Virus record (IMG/VR): IMGVR_UViG_3300025000_000053 | Location: 124,001 to 188,000 of that record | DNA length: 64,000 nt | Reading direction: 5' to 3' (one strand) | In this document: positions 20,967 through 30,674 of the stretch, in pieces | Position numbering within the stretch: position 1 is the first letter of the stretch | Layout of the letters: each line of letters opens with the position of its first letter | Notes under the pieces: model-generated | What the model was told of the DNA's origin: nothing | Seen by the model: the letters and a program-made list of their open reading frames with translations, nothing else | Databases searched by the model: none | Made by a program: the position numbers and the translations under genes

Positions 20967-22002
20967 TTAACCAATTAATTAATTGGTTTCTTGGTTCTTT
21001 ATTATATAAAAAATATTGAGCTACACATCCACCACCACATCTCATTATTTTATTACAATTATTAATACAAAGTTCTGGTACTTCTCTTGTTCTTAAAAAT
21101 ACAATTAATTTATCATAATACCATATATCATATAAACTTGTTTTTAAAATATTAGTAGGTGATATAAAATCACCCAACCATTTAAATGCTTCACAAGGAA
21201 ATATTCCACCTTTAGCCGATATATTTAATTTGTTAATAGCAACTGAACATGGTTTATTATTTTTGTCATTAATTATACAATTAAATGGACAACCAAATCT
21301 AACAGATATATCTTTATATCTGTTATCACTAATTTTATTATTAATTTCCTTTAATAATAGTTCCATATTGTCTCTACTAACCTCTAACTCATTATTATTA
21401 AAACATCTCCCTTGTGGAACAAGTCTTAATAAACTTATTTTTTTAATACCAATATCATTAATTATATCTATTAAATCTAGAAAATCAAGATAATTTATAC
21501 TCATAGGCACAAAATGAATTTCTGTTTCAATATTATATTTTAGACAACTTTTAATTGAATTTATAATAGTGTTAAAGGCATTTTTAATTTTAACAATTTT
21601 ATATATAGTTTCGTCATTTGACCCATGTAAACTAATCACAATCTTATTAATATTTTCTTTTAAAAATAATAAAATATCTTCCGTTATAGACGATAATTTA
21701 TTATTATGATATATGATTCCACAACTATATATTGTAATATGTAAACCTAATTTTTTAGCAAAAGAAATTATTTTTTTAAATTCAGGATGAAGTAATGGAT
21801 CTCCACCAGATATTGATAAATTTTCAACTCCTTCAGAAACAGCATCTAATAATATATTTTTTATATCTGAAAAAGATAATATATCTTTACTTTTAGAATT
21901 AGCTTTAGATGAACAGTGAATACAATTTAACATACATTTATTTGTTATTTCTATACATAAATTTTTTAAACTAATATCTGGAAATAATTCACACATTCTC
22001 AT
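20959..22002 (-). CDS. Radical SAM/SPASM-domain protein
   Basis: CMLNCIHC, SGGDPLL, C-terminal CSVA...GIFPC...C...CGGGC. Confidence 0.9.
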   Translation of the reverse strand: MRMCELFPDISLKNLCIEITNKCMLNCIHCSSKANSKSKDILSFSDIKNILLDAVSEGVENLSISGGDPLLHPEFKKIISFAKKLGLHITIYSCGIIYHNNKLSSITEDILLFLKENINKIVISLHGSNDETIYKIVKIKNAFNTIINSIKSCLKYNIETEIHFVPMSINYLDFLDLIDIINDIGIKKISLLRLVPQGRCFNNNELEVSRDNMELLLKEINNKISDNRYKDISVRFGCPFNCIINDKNNKPCSVAINKLNISAKGGIFPCEAFKWLGDFISPTNILKTSLYDIWYYDKLIVFLRTREVPELCINNCNKIMRCGGGCVAQYFLYNKEPRNQLINWLNE

Positions 22003-22014
22003 TTAAATACTCCT

Positions 22015-23226
22015 TTATACAATCAAATTATTTAATTCAATACGAGATATTTGTGATGTTGAATTATGAAATTTCTTCATTGATAAATTAACTAATGTAG
22101 ATGATACTCTTGCCGAAGTTAATCCAATATTAGTTATATTTAATTTTTCATACATAAGACCAGCACACACTCGACATAACTTTTTAGATACATTTCCCAT
22201 TGGAGTTCTCATTTTAACTTTATTACCAATATATTTATTTATATTATCATCATCCAATAAAATTAGTTTATTTCTTTCCATAATATATCTATATATATAA
22301 TCATTAATATTTTCTTTAGTTATTTCTACCTCCATTAATGCTTTAGAACCACAGTCACTACCTTTTTCATCCAAAACAACAGCTTGTAAAGCTGCAATAA
22401 TTTTTTTAGAAAAATAACCAGAATCAGCTGTTCCAATAGCTTTAGGATATGCACCCGTTATAATAGCATTTCCGTAAACAGCTAAATCTTCTTTTTTTAT
22501 ACCTTCCATTAAACAATTTTCAACAAAATCAAATTCACCTGTAGATGGATTATATACCGGACCTTTCATAATATTAGTGTTTTTATAGTTATTACTGAAA
22601 GTACCTCTAGCACCTGATTTATATAATTCATATCCAGTGTCATCTTTTAATTCTTCTTCAGCTAATTGTATTAGCTCTTTTTCAATTTTAACTGCTGTTA
22701 TTATATCCCCTTGTTTTAACTTTTCCTTATTTTCTTTTATTAATTTATTCTTCAAATCAATAACTTTAGGAATAGGTTTAAATAATTTCATAGTATATGA
22801 ACCTGAAATAACAATATGAAATTGTTGAGCTAACCATTGAATATCATTAAGATAATTAACCATAATATCAACAGATATTTTATCATTTAATAAAGCTTTA
22901 GAAAGTTTATTTTCTATTTCTGAAAGTACTTTCTTATCTATAGTTTTATTAACATAACCAAGAATATTAACTAAATTTCTTTCAATTATATATTTATTAT
23001 AAATAAATAAACCTATATTAGTTGTAACTTTTTCTTTGTTAAAATATTCATTTGGTTTTAAATCAAATTCATCCCAGGTTTTAAATCTACTATTAATAAC
23101 ACTGACTTTACCGTTATTATCTTTTTTAATACTATCACCAAATAGGTTTAATAATAATTCAAATGTTATATCTTCTGGTTTTAAACTTAATATATATTCT
23201 TTATCCTTTTGATTTATCATTCCCAT
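22015..23226 (-). CDS. Phage RNA polymerase beta' C-terminal part; probably the virion RNAP
   Basis: SGARG, bridge helix GTADSGYFSKKIIAALQAVVL..DCGS, Zn site CRVC, trigger-loop-like NIGL...LSMKKFH; late-type promoter at 23260-23271. Confidence 0.88.
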   Translation of the reverse strand: MGMINQKDKEYILSLKPEDITFELLLNLFGDSIKKDNNGKVSVINSRFKTWDEFDLKPNEYFNKEKVTTNIGLFIYNKYIIERNLVNILGYVNKTIDKKVLSEIENKLSKALLNDKISVDIMVNYLNDIQWLAQQFHIVISGSYTMKLFKPIPKVIDLKNKLIKENKEKLKQGDIITAVKIEKELIQLAEEELKDDTGYELYKSGARGTFSNNYKNTNIMKGPVYNPSTGEFDFVENCLMEGIKKEDLAVYGNAIITGAYPKAIGTADSGYFSKKIIAALQAVVLDEKGSDCGSKALMEVEITKENINDYIYRYIMERNKLILLDDDNINKYIGNKVKMRTPMGNVSKKLCRVCAGLMYEKLNITNIGLTSARVSSTLVNLSMKKFHNSTSQISRIELNNLIV

Positions 23227-23339
23227 TTTATTTTATCACTCCTTCTGTATTTTATTGATTATAAATTTGTTTTGGTTTATATAAAAATAAAAAATTTATA
23301 TAATTGATATTATAATATCAATTATATAAATTAATTTTA

Positions 23340-24203
23340 TTATGATGTATATATGCGGTAAATAATAGTTAAGTCTTTAGATAATTGTAATAATTCATTA
23401 CCGATATTTAATTTAGAAAATAGTTTAACTTGTTTAAAATCATATGAACCATCGGCTAATTGACTTCTAATACCAGTAAACAAACCAATGGAATTAATCC
23501 TAGCCTGTTCAATATTACCATTAAGTTCAAACCATTCTCTTACATCAGTTTTATTTATCTTTAAAATAATTTCAATAAATGTTTCGATTGGTTCTGTACG
23601 AGTTGTATCTTGAACACCGGCTTGTACTTCAGTGCCATCCTCATCACCTTCAGCATCTTTCCAAAGAACTTTAATCTCTGGAGTAGCTTCAAATTTTTTT
23701 AAATAATATGCTTTTTTACCATCAACTAATACTTTTTTAAACCAATATTTTTCAGCATCCTGTTCAGAAAGAGTATCTGTAATAACTCTAAAAGGTACCA
23801 TATCAAAAATTTCTCTTTCATAGAATTTAACATCTAAAACAGAAGTTATTGAATCACCACAACCACCAGTACCAACACCGAAAAGACAAATTAATGTATC
23901 TTTAGGATAAATATCAGTTACGGGTGTTCCAGTTGTAGCTATACCCATAATATTATTTAAATAATCAACTGTTAAAGGAGATGCTACACCAAAAATCTTT
24001 TCCAAAACAAATAAAGCTCCACCTAACACTATTTGATTCTCTTCTTCAAAAAGAATTTCACCCAATTCAGTAATACCTTTTTCATTTACTGTAGGATTAA
24101 ATCCTCCTATTATTTTAGTTCTTTGTAAAACATTTGGTTTAAATTCAAAAGATAAAATATCATTTGAATTAAGGTTATCTTTTTTTTTAATAATTTTATC
24201 CAT
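23340..24203 (-). CDS. Baseplate/tail-collar fibre-like virion protein
   Basis: NQIV...GVGTGG...INSIGLF...LTIIYRIY pattern resembles tail-collar (DUF3751-like) domains; late promoter at 24242-24253. Confidence 0.5.
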   Translation of the reverse strand: MDKIIKKKDNLNSNDILSFEFKPNVLQRTKIIGGFNPTVNEKGITELGEILFEEENQIVLGGALFVLEKIFGVASPLTVDYLNNIMGIATTGTPVTDIYPKDTLICLFGVGTGGCGDSITSVLDVKFYEREIFDMVPFRVITDTLSEQDAEKYWFKKVLVDGKKAYYLKKFEATPEIKVLWKDAEGDEDGTEVQAGVQDTTRTEPIETFIEIILKINKTDVREWFELNGNIEQARINSIGLFTGIRSQLADGSYDFKQVKLFSKLNIGNELLQLSKDLTIIYRIYTS

Positions 24204-24253
24204 TAGAATATTCCACTTCCTTCCTTTACTATTCGTTATCTTATTTATTTGTT

Positions 24254-26989
24254 TTATAATTCACGAATAATATTTATATTATCCTTTATCAATAATGATG
24301 TTTTATTTAATAAGAATGCTTCGGCATTGTTATAATTAATGATATTAATATTATCTTTAAAGTCAATATTTTTTATTAAAGATTTAATCAATAAATTAAA
24401 TAATGACTTATCCTTTCCATTCAATATGCTTGTTATTTTTTCTATATCATTTATAGTAAGTTTATAAGATGAATCAATAGTTTTCTTAATAATATTTAAT
24501 ATATCTATTAAGGTTTGATTTGTTTCATATAACATCTCAGAATTCTTAGAACAATTATCATTATAATTTAATTTATTTTGTCCTATCAAATTAGCAGATA
24601 GGAATTTAATTATATCAAAGGTACTAAAATACTTTTTAATAATATTTGTCTTTAGTAAATTCCATATTGATATAGGTTCAAATAAATCACTTTTCACAAT
24701 ATTCTTATTTAAAGATATTATTTTATTATTATTTATTATATTATCCTTAGTGAATAATTCTTTATATAATAAAATGAAATTCTCTATAAGTAATATTTTG
24801 TCTTCATTATTTAATTTAATACTAAATGAAGCATTATTATCTTTATATATAAGATTAAAATTATCTTGAGTATCTAGTATTTTATCAATACTTTTAATAT
24901 CATGAATTAATCTAATCATATTAAAATATCTACTATTCATTAAATAAACTATATTTAATGATGTAATATCAGTAGTATAAGATTTAAAAAAATCTATAAG
25001 TTTTATTAAAGCATTTATTGTACTAGTATTAGAATCATTAAAAAACATATCTGTATATTTTAACTCATTAATTACTTTATTTAATCTAAATACAGTATGT
25101 GTAATATATTCAGATATTTTTTCATCACTAGATGAAAAAATTATATTATACATATTAATATTAACATTTTGTAAATACTCTAAAAAAGTTATAGCTTTTT
25201 CACCATTAGACATTGTAAACATCTCATTGGTTTCATTAGAAATCATTAAAGTATTAAATAACTTCATATATGCTCTATACTCATCTATATTTTGACATGT
25301 TGCTAATTTTGTAATAATAAAATCATTTAAATTTCTAATATTACTATAAAGAGAATTTACATCTTCAGCACTTGTTACATTTAAATTTTCTATAAAACTA
25401 AGAATATTAACATCTATTAAGTCAGAATTGTTATTTATATATTGTCGTATTGTATTAAAATCACTTTTAAAATTAAATCCCATTACAGATAATATTTTTG
25501 ATGGTGAATATAAAATATTACCAACCATCTTATTTTTTTTACAAACTAAAGCTATTAAAAATATTACAACATTAAATATTTCAAATTCAGTATTACTAAA
25601 AATTTTAGGTAATTTAATTAATATATTGGAAACTTCTGTTTTTTTATCTATTAACATTTTTAAAAAATAAATAACTTCAAATAACATTTCAGTCATTTTA
25701 TACATTATTTGTATATTTAAATATTTGGTTTCAATAAAATTAAAATCTTCTTTATATAGTTGGGCTTTCACTTCTTCATCAACCCAATATGGATCATTAA
25801 TAATGACTTCATCATAGTCTAATTTATTATTATTATTTTCTAAAGCTAAAGCGATATTTCTTTCACTTATATCTACTAATTGGAAATATAATGAATACAT
25901 TTTTTCAGCGTCTTCAACTAAAGTAATATTTCCCAACCCGTCATCTTCTTCTTTATAAAGAAATAAAGGATTTTTACTTTCATCTAAATTATGTTGTTTT
26001 ATTAGATAATAAGAAAAAATTCTTACCCGTTCAAAATCTAATAAAGAACAAAGATCATATAATACTTTATCTGTTGATTTATATCTTAAAAGATTATTTA
26101 AATTTTTTAATATAACTCTTTGATGCTCTAAAGATAAATAAGATATAAATGGTACATTATAAGAATCAAACATCATTTTTATTGATTCTAAATCATAAAA
26201 ATCCCTTGTTATACCACTTTTAAATATATCTGAAAAAGTTCTTTGAATTGTCATAAATATTATACATAGAGCAATAAAATTATCATATAAGTCATATGTT
26301 TTGCTATATTCTTTTATATATATTACAGTCATAAAATATTCTCTGGATTGATTATAAAATTCATTAAATTTTATATACATATTATCACTTATATCTTTTG
26401 TCATTTGTAAAATAGAGAAATTTTTAGATTGTCTAGCAAATGAAATATCAATTTTATTTGAACCAAGAAAATTAAGATATTTTTTATTTGGATTGTTATT
26501 CTTTAAAGTTTCTAATAGACCAACATTTTTAATCACATTTATATTTTCTATTGAGTATTCATGAATTGGTACCCCATATTCTAAATTTAATTCAGTACAA
26601 GTTTCTTCATCTAAATATATGAAAGATGTATCAATATCAGGTAAACCATTCAATGTTCTGTAATAATTATTTTTTTCAACATAATTACTTATAATAAGTT
26701 CTCTTTGTTTTTCTATTATTATATCTCTTAAATTATATGGTATTAATAATTTATTTTCAGAATATTGACGCACTAATTCTAAATTAGTAACACCTGCATT
26801 TATTATTGATTGACTATCAAATTGTCTATATGTATTAAAAGAATCTATTTTTAATATAGCTGATACATATCTATCACTTTCTTTTAAAGTTTCTAGTGTA
26901 TCTAATAACTTAGCTTCCTTATCAAATTTAATTGTAAGTGTGGGTATAATTAATTTTATTTCGTTGAAAATATTATCTATTAAATACAT
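24254..26989 (-). CDS. Large virion protein, probable baseplate wedge subunit
   Basis: 911 aa; NNYYRTLNGLP and LLRYKSTDKVLYDLCSLL motifs; adjacent to the collar-like gene; RBS GGAGG. Confidence 0.5.
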   Translation of the reverse strand: MYLIDNIFNEIKLIIPTLTIKFDKEAKLLDTLETLKESDRYVSAILKIDSFNTYRQFDSQSIINAGVTNLELVRQYSENKLLIPYNLRDIIIEKQRELIISNYVEKNNYYRTLNGLPDIDTSFIYLDEETCTELNLEYGVPIHEYSIENINVIKNVGLLETLKNNNPNKKYLNFLGSNKIDISFARQSKNFSILQMTKDISDNMYIKFNEFYNQSREYFMTVIYIKEYSKTYDLYDNFIALCIIFMTIQRTFSDIFKSGITRDFYDLESIKMMFDSYNVPFISYLSLEHQRVILKNLNNLLRYKSTDKVLYDLCSLLDFERVRIFSYYLIKQHNLDESKNPLFLYKEEDDGLGNITLVEDAEKMYSLYFQLVDISERNIALALENNNNKLDYDEVIINDPYWVDEEVKAQLYKEDFNFIETKYLNIQIMYKMTEMLFEVIYFLKMLIDKKTEVSNILIKLPKIFSNTEFEIFNVVIFLIALVCKKNKMVGNILYSPSKILSVMGFNFKSDFNTIRQYINNNSDLIDVNILSFIENLNVTSAEDVNSLYSNIRNLNDFIITKLATCQNIDEYRAYMKLFNTLMISNETNEMFTMSNGEKAITFLEYLQNVNINMYNIIFSSSDEKISEYITHTVFRLNKVINELKYTDMFFNDSNTSTINALIKLIDFFKSYTTDITSLNIVYLMNSRYFNMIRLIHDIKSIDKILDTQDNFNLIYKDNNASFSIKLNNEDKILLIENFILLYKELFTKDNIINNNKIISLNKNIVKSDLFEPISIWNLLKTNIIKKYFSTFDIIKFLSANLIGQNKLNYNDNCSKNSEMLYETNQTLIDILNIIKKTIDSSYKLTINDIEKITSILNGKDKSLFNLLIKSLIKNIDFKDNINIINYNNAEAFLLNKTSLLIKDNINIIREL

Positions 26990-27072
26990 TTATATCTTAT
27001 ACCTCCTTTGATAAAAACATACTATTAATGAAATGTACTTTTAAAAATCTTTTTTAAGGGGATGAAAAAATA

Positions 27073-27723
27073 ATGAGTAGTATAGCGAATATTAAATTTA
27101 AAAACACTAAAAATAAACCAGTTATTGATTCAGATACAAGTGCATTTTCTTTACCTTTTTATAAAGATGGTGAATATTTTTCCAATATAGATAATTTTGT
27201 ATCTTTTATTAAAGCAGTTGAAAAACAAGTAAGAAGTGATAATTTTTATAAAAAGTATATTTCATATTTAAAAAATGATATTGGTTTAACTAGGTGTCAG
27301 GTTTTATCTAATATAGATGATGAAAGCGCTGAGATTGATCTTCATCATGGTCCAATACTTACTTTATTTGATTGTGCATGTATAATAACAGATTATCATT
27401 TAGCTAAAAATAAAAAAATAAATACCTTTATTATATCTAATGCTTTATTAGAGGAACATAAAAACAATAATATTCAGATAGTAATGTTATCTAAAAGTGT
27501 TCATCAACAAGTACATGATAATAATATTTTTATTAATCTTAAACAAGCTTTTGGTGATTTAGTTACATTCTTAAACAAATATAAATCAGGAATTCATCCT
27601 GAACAAATTCAAAAAATAAATAAATATATTGAATTATCTGAGAGGTATGAATCGTTTGATAAAAATGTACTTGAATTGAAAAAAAATATTAAATCATGGT
27701 CTAATAATGAAATTATTTTTTAA
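27073..27723 (+). CDS. His-rich protein (HNH/His-Me-like), paralogue of 35298-35963
   Basis: C...DLHHGPILTLFD...VHQQVHDN; late promoter at 27016-27027. Confidence 0.5.
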   Translation: MSSIANIKFKNTKNKPVIDSDTSAFSLPFYKDGEYFSNIDNFVSFIKAVEKQVRSDNFYKKYISYLKNDIGLTRCQVLSNIDDESAEIDLHHGPILTLFDCACIITDYHLAKNKKINTFIISNALLEEHKNNNIQIVMLSKSVHQQVHDNNIFINLKQAFGDLVTFLNKYKSGIHPEQIQKINKYIELSERYESFDKNVLELKKNIKSWSNNEIIF

Positions 27724-27772
27724 AATTATAATACTAATAACTTAATAAGTTATTAGTATTATAATTAATTAA

Positions 27773-28405
27773 TTAGCTATCAAATAATTTAACTGTATTA
27801 AAAAGAATCTGACTTAATTCATCAGATATCCCAAATCTTTCTTTATTATCAATTAAACTCTTATAAATATCACCATTCTTATGTCTCATTGAAGCTGCTT
27901 TCCAATCACAAATCATTTCAATCAAATCAATAAGATTCATACCCCTTAATGTATATCTTTCTTTAATTTCAGGATTTGGAGTATTACAATTAGGACATTT
28001 ATTATAATATGGGTGGTTATTTAGATTATTCAATCCAAATCCACATTCAGTACAGTATTTTTCTTTTTCATCATAAAATTCAACATGGTGTCTATTTTTA
28101 GAATAATGTGAATCTAATGCAACTTTCATTTCCTTTAAATACGTTTTATATTCTTCACTTCCATAAGTAGAATCTTTTAATTTAGGTCCATATACAGCAA
28201 AAATATCTAATTCAGGTTGTTCCATTTTACTTTTGTCATGATTCAAAGCTCTTTCATTTAATTCACTTATGATTAAATTTATAAAACCAGCAACTTTATC
28301 AATATGTGTTTTTGTATCACTTATAGATTCTTGTATAAGTTTTCCATCAATATTATTATTTGACAAATTTAATCCCTCTTTTCTTTTTTTATTATCAAAT
28401 ATCAT
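27773..28405 (-). CDS. HD-like DUF5662-type protein with an inserted zinc ribbon
   Basis: HDKSK, HYSKNRHH, DLIEMICDW; CTECG...CPNC insert. Confidence 0.7.
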   Translation of the reverse strand: MIFDNKKRKEGLNLSNNNIDGKLIQESISDTKTHIDKVAGFINLIISELNERALNHDKSKMEQPELDIFAVYGPKLKDSTYGSEEYKTYLKEMKVALDSHYSKNRHHVEFYDEKEKYCTECGFGLNNLNNHPYYNKCPNCNTPNPEIKERYTLRGMNLIDLIEMICDWKAASMRHKNGDIYKSLIDNKERFGISDELSQILFNTVKLFDS

Positions 28406-29085
28406 AGTTCCACTCCTGTCTGAATGAGTCCTTTTATATTAAGTTCTTTATCAATAACTTTAATAAACCTGTCTATACACCATATATCATCTTTAAGTAT
28501 ATTGCATTTACTAAATAAATCAAAGAATTTATTAGCATTATGGTAATACTTAAATATCTTAACAATACCTAAAGTAGTTGTAATAATTGATTCAATTTGG
28601 TCCTCAGTTAATATTTGTTTAATACCTTCATCTAAATCCATTTCAGGATTTATTGCTTCTACTTCTAAATAAGTATATGGACATATAAATCTACTATTCC
28701 ATTTATCTATTTCATATAAAAAATTATTTAATTTAAAGCTTTTTCTTAATTTATTTCCTACAAAAATAGGAATATATATTGATTTTTCTTTATTATAATT
28801 AATCATAAGTTTTTTAAATACATCCGAATTTATAATAATAGTTCTTTCATTTTGAATTTTATGTTTTTCTGTTCTTTCAACATTAGTTTTTGTTGTATGT
28901 TCATATGTTATAGAACCATCGATAAGAGATAATATTTTTCTTAATCTAATACTTTTATTTTTATATTTAAATATCCAGTTTCCTTGTTCCTCAAATTTAA
29001 CAAATTGACATCCTTTGTCAATCAAAATCTTTTCTATTTCTTCCGCTGTACCGAGATTAAAAATCTTTATTTCCTTTTCTAACAT
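28402..29085 (-). CDS. CYTH / triphosphate tunnel metalloenzyme
   Basis: EKEIK at the N-terminus, IRLRK, KLRKSF, YLEVEA. Confidence 0.75.
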   Translation of the reverse strand: MLEKEIKIFNLGTAEEIEKILIDKGCQFVKFEEQGNWIFKYKNKSIRLRKILSLIDGSITYEHTTKTNVERTEKHKIQNERTIIINSDVFKKLMINYNKEKSIYIPIFVGNKLRKSFKLNNFLYEIDKWNSRFICPYTYLEVEAINPEMDLDEGIKQILTEDQIESIITTTLGIVKIFKYYHNANKFFDLFSKCNILKDDIWCIDRFIKVIDKELNIKGLIQTGVEL

Positions 29086-29127
29086 TTTTATTATCCTCCT
29101 TTTAACTAACGTAACTAAAAAATATTA

Positions 29128-29889
29128 TTAAATTAAAATACTAATTAAGGGAACTAAGTAATGTATAAAATTATAATTAATATTTATATCATTAACATAA
29201 GCTGTATCTTTAACACCAATTATTTCTTTATTATATTTTAAATCATTTAATCTAAATAATGATTGTGTATTTAATTCTCTATAATATTCAATACATAATT
29301 TTCTTCTTTTATAATAATCAATAAAATCTTTTAAGAATTCTATTACTCTTTTTCTTTTAGATATTTCATTCATTTTAAAAAATGTATGTAAAAAATCCAA
29401 CATATATTGTCTATGACATTCTAAAGTAGTATCAGATATTCCTTTTACATCAATAGTAGTATTATTATAATAAAATTCATTTTCATTTAAATAATAATAA
29501 GAAGTATAAATATTTTTTTCAATAAAAGAAATATTATCTAATTCTGTAACAATACATCTTTTAGTTACTATAATAGCATCTTTTTTTATAGATAAAATAT
29601 CATCATCTTTAAGATTATTATTATTAAAAAACCATTCTCTTACTTCTATAAATTTTTCATTTAATCTCTTAAATAATTCTTTATCATTTTTCATATATAA
29701 ACCTATTTGAACTTGTTTTTGTTTTCTATCTAAAGTTTCTAAATAATTTATTTTACTAGAATCTAAAAGATTGAATTTCTTTATTAAATTAAATCCTGCT
29801 GATTTAATATCATATTCAATTATCTCATTTGAAATCAAATACTCAATATTTTTATTTAAGTAAAAGTGTTTTTTAAATAAAGAACTCAT
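29128..29889 (-). CDS. Possible divergent DNA-polymerase palm-like protein
   Basis: EYDIKSAGFN and SIKKDAII recall polymerase motifs A and C; late promoter at 29922-29933. Confidence 0.35.
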   Translation of the reverse strand: MSSLFKKHFYLNKNIEYLISNEIIEYDIKSAGFNLIKKFNLLDSSKINYLETLDRKQKQVQIGLYMKNDKELFKRLNEKFIEVREWFFNNNNLKDDDILSIKKDAIIVTKRCIVTELDNISFIEKNIYTSYYYLNENEFYYNNTTIDVKGISDTTLECHRQYMLDFLHTFFKMNEISKRKRVIEFLKDFIDYYKRRKLCIEYYRELNTQSLFRLNDLKYNKEIIGVKDTAYVNDININYNFIHYLVPLISILI

Positions 29890-29960
29890 AAATTGTCATC
29901 TCCTAAAAAAAATAAGATTCTTAATAATTTGTTAAAATGAAAGTATTTTTCTAATAAATA

Positions 29961-29988
29961 AAGACCTTAGTATTTATACTAAGGTCTT
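29961..29988 (-). terminator. Intrinsic terminator
   Basis: AAGACCTTAGTAT-tt-ATACTAAGGTCTT. Confidence 0.65.
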
Positions 29989-29999
29989 TACTATTTAAA

Positions 30000-30668
30000 T
30001 TAACAAATTGCTTTCACTATAGTTTTGATAAGATCTTTCTTTTTATCATTTTTACTAACTTTCAACGCATTTGTTTTACAATATTTATATAATTCTTCCC
30101 TTTCCATAGATTTTAGTCTCTTAATAAGCTTATCCTTATTCACATCTGGTGACATTACATCAGATGGTTTTAGCTTATTAACAATATCCGTTAAATTATT
30201 GATAACCTGTTCTTTATTAGGTATCTTAGTAACTTTATCTGTATCTTTCTTTAGCTTCTTATATGAATAAGTCTTTAACTTATATTCATTCTCAATGAAT
30301 TCACATATCATCTTAAGATATTCAAACTCATCTTCTGATTTTGAACATAATAAAACAACATTCATATTACTAAGAGCACCTTTGACAATAGTTGAAATCA
30401 ATAAATTATTATCATCTTTTTTAAGATACTCAGTATATTTCTTTTTATAGGTTTTTGTCATACCATCATTAATAAATAATGATGCAATATGAGGTGGGGG
30501 TATTAATGCTTTAATAGCCATTACATTAGAATATTTTCCTTTCTTTCCTTTAGATGTAATATTATGTGATAATAGTAAAAATTGAAATTTATTTGGGTCA
30601 AAATTTTTTAAAAAATCCCCAATAAATTCTTTTGAATTAATTCTAACTATACAACCCATGATATACAC
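30000..30668 (-). CDS. Hypothetical protein with a C-terminal Rho-N/HeH-like nucleic-acid-binding helix pair
   Basis: REELYKYCKTNALKVSKNDKKKDLIKTI. Confidence 0.45.
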   Translation of the reverse strand: MYIMGCIVRINSKEFIGDFLKNFDPNKFQFLLLSHNITSKGKKGKYSNVMAIKALIPPPHIASLFINDGMTKTYKKKYTEYLKKDDNNLLISTIVKGALSNMNVVLLCSKSEDEFEYLKMICEFIENEYKLKTYSYKKLKKDTDKVTKIPNKEQVINNLTDIVNKLKPSDVMSPDVNKDKLIKRLKSMEREELYKYCKTNALKVSKNDKKKDLIKTIVKAIC

Positions 30669-30674
30669 TCCCTT

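Noticed and set aside
20959-22002. NrdG assignment for the radical SAM gene
   Set aside because: Too long and carries a SPASM domain
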